NCBI GenBank assembly: GCA_964016885.1
Contig: OZ024743.1
Location: 103,726,001 to 103,790,000, forward strand
Reading direction: 5' to 3'
DNA length: 64,000 nucleotides
Source of the DNA: Eledone cirrhosa
Lineage: Eukaryota
Position 1 is the stretch's first letter. Each line of letters begins with the position of its first letter. Shown here one piece after another: positions 55,355 through 64,000 of this stretch. The notes under the pieces were generated by a model. It ran no database searches and had not been told where the DNA came from. It worked only from the letters and a program-made list of their open reading frames with translations. Position numbers and translations under genes: made by a program.

Positions 55355-57915
55355 AGAGGAAGGCAACGACGACAACAGTGTCATTAACAACAACAACTCA
55401 GCCATTAACAAGAGGAAGCCAGCCTCAGCATCAGTGTCTCACCTCCAGCGCCCGTTCTTTTCTCTTGTTTTCTGGCACCTCCATATATATATAGGTGAGC
55501 TATGAGGTCCTCTTACCAGCACTTTCCCTTCCACCCACACACGCCAGCCACCCACCCCTGATGCCGCTCGGTGCCCCACACCCCATCCCCCACCCCTCCA
55601 AGCCGACACCTGCAGCACTTGCAGCACCACTAACAAACGGAAGAGGGGCCGGAACTGTTTGGGGTGCAGCTGCTTCCACCACCTCACCTGCGTTGACCTG
55701 ACTCGTCGAGCTGCCAATGCCCTCGCAGCGTGGAGGTGCAGGAGCTGCCTCTTCCCCACGTCTTCCCAGCCACGGCCGTCTGGCACACCACCGGATGGGA
55801 CAGCGTGCTTGCCTGACGCCCGAGCCTCGCTGGTCAACATCGCTCGGCTCAGGCGGCTCCGGAAGATCTCACTCAGGATCCCGAGAGCGGCACGGGTGCC
55901 GGTAGCCGATGCCCTCGCTTCCTCGATTGAGAGCGCCCTGGACTTCAATCGAGCCAGTGACTGGGAGCGGCTGTTCTATTTCGCCCCACTCACCCTCGGC
56001 CTCCCCAGCTCTGGCGCTGACCGGGGCGGCCGGTCAACAGCAGCCTTCGTCAAGGCCAATGTCTCGTCCTTTGGGCGAGCGCCCATTCCAAGCGTGCCCA
56101 GGGACGCCACACACCCCACCCTCAGGTACCTCCATCCTCCACCTGCAACCAGGCAGTTCTTCAACAGCTGCCCATCGGAACCGGCATCCAGGGACTCCAG
56201 GCACCTCATTGTCAAGCTTGACATGAGGAATGCCTTCAACTCTTTACGCCGGGATCATCTGCTCGAGGCCTGCCTCAGCCGAGCCCCCTCTGCCTACCTT
56301 CTGGCCTACCTGTCATATGGAGCCCCGAGCATGCTCCTTGCTGCTGATACGGTCATACCCTAGGCTACTGGGGTCCAACAGGGCGACCCTTTGGGACCCC
56401 TCCTGATCGCCCTTGGTATTGACGACATCGCCCGGAGTATCACGGCCCCTCTCAACGTTTGGTATCTGGATGATGCTACGTTGGGCGGGCCCGTATGGAC
56501 GGTCTGCTATGACCTTCAATCGGTGGTTCCTGCCCTGGCGGGAATCGGCCTCCAGGTCAACTCGGCCAAGTCGGAGGTGGTGAACGTCAACCTCGATGCT
56601 GCGAGCTTTGCAGTCTCCGTCTGGGACGTGCGGTCCATTCTCCGCCAGGTTCAGGTGACCCCCAAAGAGGATGTCCTCATCCTCGCGTCACTGATCCACC
56701 CGCCGGCCATCCGCTCCACCATCAGGTCCAGGCTTCAACAGCTCCAGACTCTCACGAGCCGACTGGGCTTGATTGACGGCCACCCAGCTCTCTTTCTGCT
56801 GAGGAACTGCTTCGCCATGCTGAATCTCTTCTATACACTCCGCAGCGCTCCATACTACACCCAGACATCTCTCCTCGCTGACCTCGATACTTGTATCCGA
56901 GCAGCAGCCGAGGGGATATGCAACGTCAAGTTTGACGACATAAGGCGGCAACAGGCCACTTTACCGGTCAGGTATAGCGGCCTTGGCCTCCGGTTCCCGA
57001 TCTCACTAGCTTTTCCGGCGTATCTTTCGTCGGTAACCTCGTGCCGCGTCCTCGTCAGCAGGGTTCTTCAAAACACAACAGAACCCTCTGTGTTCAGACA
57101 ACGTGAGGCCGCCTGTGAGACGTGGGGCCGGCTGGGACTTAGTCCAGTAGACGTCCCTCCTTCATCTCCCCTATTGACGTCAAGTCCCCCCAACGCACTT
57201 GGGATGACACCCAGTGCAGCCTGGCCTCAGGCAGGCTCACGGGCCAGCTCGACCAGCACCGTCTTGTTTGTTTTCGTGCGGCCTCCAAATCCCACGGTGG
57301 TGCCTGGCTCCATGCCCTGCCCTCCTTCTCCACTGGCACGCAGCTAGACAACCATAGCCTGCGAATCGGCGTTTCCCTGAGGCTCGGCCTCCGGATCTTC
57401 CAGCCACACCAATGTCGCTGCGGTTCCACCGTGGACTCTTTTGGCCTCCACCCGCTTTTCTGTCTCCACAGTGCCTGCCGCATTCCACGCCATGCTTCCT
57501 TCAACGAGGTCATTAAGCATGTGGAGGCACTGTGGAGAGCCGGTGGGGCTGGATCGAGGGGACGGCAAAAGACCAGATGGCATGACCATCTTCCCGTTCC
57601 GCAGTGGCAAACCCCTCGTCTGGGATGCCACTTGCACCGACACTTTCTGCAGCCGCAACCTGATGCAGTCTGAGACTGACCCTGGTTCTGCTGCACGTCG
57701 GGTGGAGGTGGCCAAACTCCTCAAATACCAGTCGTTCTCCGACATGTTTGCGGTCGTACACCTGGCAGTGGAGACTTCTGGTGTCCTCGACCCCAGGGCT
57801 ACCTCCTTACTCACACCATAGGCGCTGAGCTGGCCAGCTGCGGGCGTGAGTGGCTTTTCCAGCGCGTCTCTCTTGCCGTCTTCCGGGGAAACGCCTTCTC
57901 CATTCTGTCCACCGG
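55355..57915 (+). mobile_element. CRE-clade RLE non-LTR retrotransposon, internally deleted and frameshifted
   Basis: This GC-rich island has an N-terminal PHD-like C..FHHLTC...WRCRSC. RT motifs are KLDMRNAFNS, GVQQGDPLGP, WYLDDATL and QATLP..GLG. RLE motifs are RH..FN, KRPDG and WDATC. Confidence 0.85.
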
Positions 57916-57984
57916 TGGACCCTCTCGCGTACTGTTGTAGTTGTTGTATACAGATATTAACTCATCAATACCATTGTCCTAATA

Positions 57985-58170
57985 ATTGTTTCTACTTTAG
58001 GCACAAGGCCACCAAATATCCAGTGCATTACTGGTACTTTATTTTATCTACCCCATAAGGATGAAAGGCAAAGTCAACCTCGGCGGGATTTGAACTCAGA
58101 TCGTAAAGGGACGTAACTATGCTGGAAAGCATGGCGTCCGACCCTCTACCGATACTGCCAATCCATCGCC
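57985..58170 (-). mobile_element. tRNA-derived SINE with 16-bp TSD
   Basis: ccattgtcctaataat occurs at 57971-57986 and 58171-58186. Confidence 0.92.
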
Positions 58171-58677
58171 CCATTGTCCTAATAATATATATATGTATAC
58201 ATATCTAAGGTCTGTTACATTTATTAGGAAATTCTTTGAACAGTTTAACATAGGAGAAGAAAATCAAACTTGAGATATAAGGAAAAGTATTTACTTTTAA
58301 TGTGCTATTTCTGGCGTAATTATTTCATCAGTAATAATTTATTAGTGTATTTAAATATAGAGAGCTGGTAAAAGCTATCATTGGAGAGATTTATGTTTGT
58401 TGAAGCAACTTAATTGTAAATAAATGATGAGCTACAAGGAATGCGTGTTATATAGTTAAATGCATTACCCCGTATAATACATGTAACGTGTATAGTTTTT
58501 TGTTTAAAACATCGAAAGTCCTGTTGTAAATATTTATAAATTGTAAATTGCAGTTCTTACAAATAGTTTTCCAGTTGAACAGTCAACTTGTGAAATTAAC
58601 GTGTAAGTGACCATATGTTCCTCGGGCGCGTGTAGCGTTACCATACGTGCATATTTATAAATATATATATATATATA

Positions 58678-59679
58678 TACATTATGAAGAGAGAAGAAAC
58701 ATTTAGATATAATTAGTAATAAAATGTATCATACCTAAACTGTTCCTAAATTCCTCGACTACGTAGTTTCGTGGCATAAACAAAAACAATATATCAAAGA
58801 TATAGAGTCCTTGCGAGGTCTGCCGACTTATCAAGAGGATACCTCATTTTACTAGTCTCAAGAACGCGTCTACACGACGTGAGAAAGAATCCCAAAAGGC
58901 GGAGGGGGAGATAGTCACGCGATATAACGGTCGAGAAACAGAGCTAAGCCTCCTATAACCACGAAGAAAATACCACGGAGGCGGAGGGGGTATTCATATC
59001 GAGGCCGTAGAAGAGGTAGTGAAGAAGGCGAGAAGTATGAGTAATGGAAGCTTTCCAGTTGTCCCCACACTTCAAAGATTGCTCGACCAGAGGGAGTTAT
59101 TAATATATTTGGAAACACACAGATACATGCGGACACACACATATATATATACATGAATGCATCCGCACGCAACTGTAAGTTAAGGGTGCCAACTTCACCG
59201 ATGTTGCTCAATGAATGACTGGGACAGACCAATTCAGTTTGAACTAGACTGAACCAGTATCAGAGTTAAAAATACATTATGAAGAGAGAAGAAACATTTA
59301 GATATAATTAGTAATAAAATGTATCATACCTAAACTGTTCCTAAATTCCTCGACTACGTAGTTTCGTGGCATAAACAAAAACAATATATCAAAGATATAG
59401 AGTCCTTGCGAGGTCTGCCGACTTATCAAGAGGATACCTCATTTTACTAGTCTCAAGAACGCGTCTACACGACGTGAGAAAGAATCCCAAAAGGCGGAGG
59501 GGGAGATAGTCACGCGATATAACGGTCGAGAAACAGAGCTAAGCCTCCTATAACCACGAAGAAAATACCACGGAGGCGGAGGGGGTATTCATATCGAGGC
59601 CGTAGAAGAGGTAGTGAAGAAGGCGAGAAGTATGAGTAATGGAAGCTTTCCAGTTGTCCCCACACTTCAAAGATTGCTC
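58678..59679 (-). repeat. ~405-bp identical direct repeat (offset 595 bp) with degenerate hammerhead; pseudo-LTR-like
   Basis: 58678-59084 equals 59273-59679. The minus strand reads tcctc-tTGATaA-gtcggca...tgccac-GAAA-ctacgtag-TC-gagga at 58752-58839 and 59347-59434. Confidence 0.8.
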
Positions 59680-60032
59680 CCGATGATTCCGAAGTTCTGG
59701 ACATTCCCTGTTGACGGATGTCTTAAAATACGGATGAAACCATGGTAGAGGTAATTAGGTATGTACGCAATTCTTCTAAGTTCAATTTTACACCTAATTG
59801 TGTTTAGTTGACTGTATATCTGGTCGATTTCTACATGCTGTCGAAATGTTAGATAAATACTCTATCGTAACCGCCGCGAAGAGGCTGCTTTCGGTTATTT
59901 GTCGGAGATTGCTTCATAGGAGCCTTTATTCTTATAGCTTGGTCTAATTGATTTTTTTATATGGTTAATTATGCTAATTGGGAGAGGAAATGGTATATAT
60001 TATATCTAGTGATTCTAAAGACATATTTTATG

Positions 60033-60122
<90 letters not shown>

Positions 60123-60190
60123 TATATATATATATATATTATATATATATATATTATATATATATATATTATATATATATATATTATATA

Positions 60191-60707
60191 TATTGTTACA
60201 CTTTGGGAGGGTCATGTTGCCAATAAGAAACACACGCACCAGTTGCTTTCACTTCAATTTAATTTATTATATATTTATAAATTTACAAATTTATAAATTT
60301 CTGGTTGGTTGGTTGGTTCCACAACCAGATAGTTGTTTATATATATATATAGTCATAGTTTTTTCGTCACACACTCTGTGACCTCTTCAGTGACTGGGGA
60401 TTTCTTTCTTCGTTTCTGTGCCTTTCCTTTCTTCTATCCTACGCCATTTTGTTTGGCGTAGGATAGAAGAAAGGAAAGGCACAGAAACGAAGAAAGAAAT
60501 CCCCAGTCACTGAAGAGGTCACAGAGTGTGTGACGAAAGAACTATGACTATATATATATAAACAACTATCTGGTTGTGGAACCAACCAACCAACCAGAAA
60601 TTTATAAATTTGTAAATTTATAAATATATAATAAATTAAATTGAAGTGAAAGCAACTGGTGCGTGTGTTTCTTATTGGCAACATGACCCTCCCAAAGTGT
60701 AACAATA
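60191..60707. repeat. ~515-bp near-perfect palindrome with hammerhead in each arm
   Basis: The central loop ttttgtt is at about 60447-60453. The plus copy at 60505-60549 reads agtca-CTGAAGA-g-gtcaca gagtg tgtgac-GAAA-gaac-TA-tgact. Confidence 0.85.
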
Positions 60708-60960
60708 TCGGTTTCAACACACGATTTCAGATAAAGAATCTTGCTAAACAAATTCAGAAACGAAATATTATATATATATTATATATATATATATTATATA
60801 TATATATATATTATATATATATATATATTATATATATATATATATTATATATATATATATATTATATTATATATATATATATATTATATATATATATATA
60901 TTATATATATATATTATATGTATGTATGTATACATTTTATGGATGTTAGTCTTAATTATA

Positions 60961-61141
60961 TTGGCAGTATCGGTAGAGGGTCGGACGCCATGCTTTGACG
61001 CATGGAGTTACGGCTCTTGCCATTCTGAGTACAAATCCCGCCGAGGTTAACTTTGCCTTTCATCCTTATGGGGTCGATAAAATAAAGTACCAGTAATACA
61101 CTGGGTAATTGCTGGCCTTGTGCCAAAAGTAGAAACAATTA
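60961..61141 (+). mobile_element. tRNA-derived SINE copy
   Basis: Same family as 75-260. Confidence 0.88.
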
Positions 61142-61157
61142 ATTATATATATATATA

Positions 61158-61233
<76 letters not shown>

Positions 61234-61328
61234 GTAAACAGAAATAACAACACAATCAGTACAGTATATGGAAGGTATATATTAGGTTAACGCTTGATAT
61301 AGCAGGAAGAGGGTCTTAACGTTTCGGG

Positions 61329-61396
<68 letters not shown>

Positions 61397-61712
61397 CACA
61401 CGCACACATACATACACACACAAACATACATATAGTTTAGCGTTGGAAAACAGAACAGCAGTAATAACCAAATCAACATAACACTCAATTTCAGCTATGT
61501 GCAGCAAGTCACGGTAATAGTAAGTTCTATATATTTTTCTATATTATTTCGCTGTTTTTAAAATCAATTATGATATACCATACATAAATGTGTCGATGTA
61601 TTTGTAAGTGTATAAAAATAAGATAAGACTTTGAACATATAGCAATAGGGCATAAATCATTATGTCGGTAAACATACGCACACATACTTACACTCGTAAG
61701 TATGTGTGTGTA

Positions 61713-62147
61713 TGTTCTTCTGGTTTTATAATTTCACAAATGCTTACCAATAGAGAGAGAGTCGGTTTCTAACATAGACACAAGACTCTCTCATTGGAAT
61801 TTACACATCAACTAGGTAGATATGTATGCATGTCTGTATGCATGCGTGTGTAGATATGGATGTTATTGTATGTGTGGATGTGTATGTTTTGAGTTGTATG
61901 TCTACATGTGCATACACTTTGTATCTGTATATGTTTATATGCAGTTATTAGATGCAAAATCTTTGGAATGTTTTACACATTTTTACTGTTCCATTAATGG
62001 ATTGTACTTGTAATTTCCTAACTAGTTGTGTTCTTTCTGTTCCTGTGAAGCCCAGGTTTTCAAGATTTGTATTGGGGCAGTCACTAACATACCCCAGTGC
62101 CCCAATAATCACAGGTATAAATCTGAAGGTGTAATCAGGTTGGAGTA
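61713..62147 (-). mobile_element. R4/Dong-like LINE 3' fragment (fourth copy)
   Basis: Encodes FIPVIIGALGYV...VQSINGTVK, followed by the shared 3' UTR. Confidence 0.85.
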
Positions 62148-62170
62148 TGTGTGTATGTATGTATGTATCT

Positions 62171-62203
<33 letters not shown>

Positions 62204-62505
62204 CATGTATGTATGTATATATGTGTGTGTATATGCATGTATGTATGTGGGTATGTATGCGTGTATGTATGTGTTCATGTCCGCATCCATGCGTGTACGT
62301 CTGTATGTATGTATGTGTGTATATGTAAGTATGTGTGTATACGTGTATGTATGAATGTATGCATGCTGCGTGCCTCTGTGTGTGTGTATGTATGCATGTA
62401 TATATGTGTATATGTATGCATTTGTATGTGAATGTATGTATTTATGTATGTATATATTTATATATATAAGTATATATATGTACGTATGTGCTCATGTATA
62501 TATAA

Positions 62506-62536
<31 letters not shown>

Positions 62537-62538
62537 AA

Positions 62539-62576
<38 letters not shown>

Positions 62577-62659
62577 CATATACATATATATATATATATA
62601 CATATACACATATATATACATATACATAAATATATATATATACATACATATACATATAC

Positions 62660-62690
<31 letters not shown>

Positions 62691-62724
62691 CATATACATA
62701 TATATACACACACACACACATATA

Positions 62725-62806
<82 letters not shown>

Positions 62807-63513
62807 ACACACACACACCCACATATATATATATGCATGTATGAGTGTTTATTTGTGTGTGTGTGTATAGCATTAAATATACCACTCGCCATCGATAATG
62901 ACTTGGTAGTGCGTGCAGTGCTGGACTTACCTAAAAGAAAAATAATCTATAGCTTAGGGTCACACCATTTTTTTTTTTTATATATTTTAATTTTATCATT
63001 AGATTTCATTCTTTAACACAAAATCCACAAAAATGATATCTATATATACTATTTAGTCTTTATCATCAACCTTAATATGAAAAATAAGAATAATTATGTG
63101 TAATAATTTAAAGATGTTTTTCCCGAAAATTTTTAGAGAGGGTCTCAAATTTCATATAGCTAGAGGGTCTTAGCGGGTGAAAGTCCCGGGGTGAACGCCT
63201 TATGCCGTTGCAGTGGAAAAGCAAGCAGTGGACCTCTCCCACGTGGCCAAATGGAACATCCGGGATGGGATATCTGAATGAAGACAGTTACTTTTTTTTC
63301 AACCCGAAAGAGGAAAATGTGGAATAGAATTCTAAGTGTATGAGTGTGTTGGGCGGATAAACACAACAAACAACGCGCCTCATTTTAACTAACATATATG
63401 TATGTCTATATATAGATAAATAAATATAAATAAATATGTATATTGGTTCGTCAAGTATGAAATTTGTAGAAATTTGGGGTTTTTTCTACAAATTTCATAT
63501 TTACGTATACATT

Positions 63514-63600
63514 CAGGGCCGGATTTAATGAGGGACAAAAGGGTGCAATTGCCCCGAACCCCCTGCAGTGGTGTGGCGCACCAACGACGGCCGTAGCAAT
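63514..63600 (+). mobile_element. Possible MITE/hAT-type terminus
   Basis: cagggccggattta...gggtgcaattgcccc is a common DNA-transposon end motif. The other end is not seen. Confidence 0.3.
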
Positions 63601-64000
63601 TTATTTGTGCTCTCAGCTGGGCTTTTTAGTTTTAGGATGGTTAGAATTTTTTAATTTAATACCTGTATTTATAACTTTTCAGTTCCAATTACTTGCGCCA
63701 AGCTAAATTTGATATCTAAAATTGGGGAGTTTGCTGTGTATTCTAAAATTGGAGAGTTTGCTGTGTATTCGATTTTTTTCAAACTTTACATATGTATTAC
63801 TTATGTTTCAGGGAGTGTTATGCACATAAAAAAAATTCAACTTTTTCATCCCCTAGGGCCCACATTAGGTGAAAAACTGATTAACAAGGAAGGTTAATCA
63901 TACTTAAAGGTATAAATTTAATTTTTACCCAAACTAGCCATGCGTGGTTACACGCTTGTAAAAATTATCTCCTGTGATTATTCATGTATATTTATATGTT

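Overview
This is eukaryotic, AT-rich, microsatellite-saturated DNA. The tRNA-derived SINE family resembles those I know from octopod cephalopods, so that taxon is an inference. I find no confident host protein-coding gene. The many YI/IY/CV/TH 'ORFs' are translations of (TA)n, (TG)n and (CATA)n tracts. The window is a nested transposon graveyard. It holds two Neptune-like Penelope elements (RT + GIY-YIG), four R4/Dong-like RLE LINE copies, and CRE-, CR1-, RTE- and I-like LINE relics. It also holds a complete DD37D (maT) Tc1/mariner, a Helitron RepHel relic, a hAT fragment, seven SINE copies and a 40-bp minisatellite. The main unannotated signal is RNA-level. About ten distinct repeat families carry type I hammerhead ribozyme motifs, many in fold-back palindromes. 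One non-coding family appears as a 466-bp tandem unit at 20107-21230 and as a diverged 419-bp single unit at 54299-54725. It has a hammerhead, covarying stems, different start points in the two copies and a conserved ATGCAAAT octamer. It looks like a retrozyme / circular-RNA mobile element reminiscent of newt satellite 2. All ribozyme calls are manual base-pairing assignments and have not been tested.
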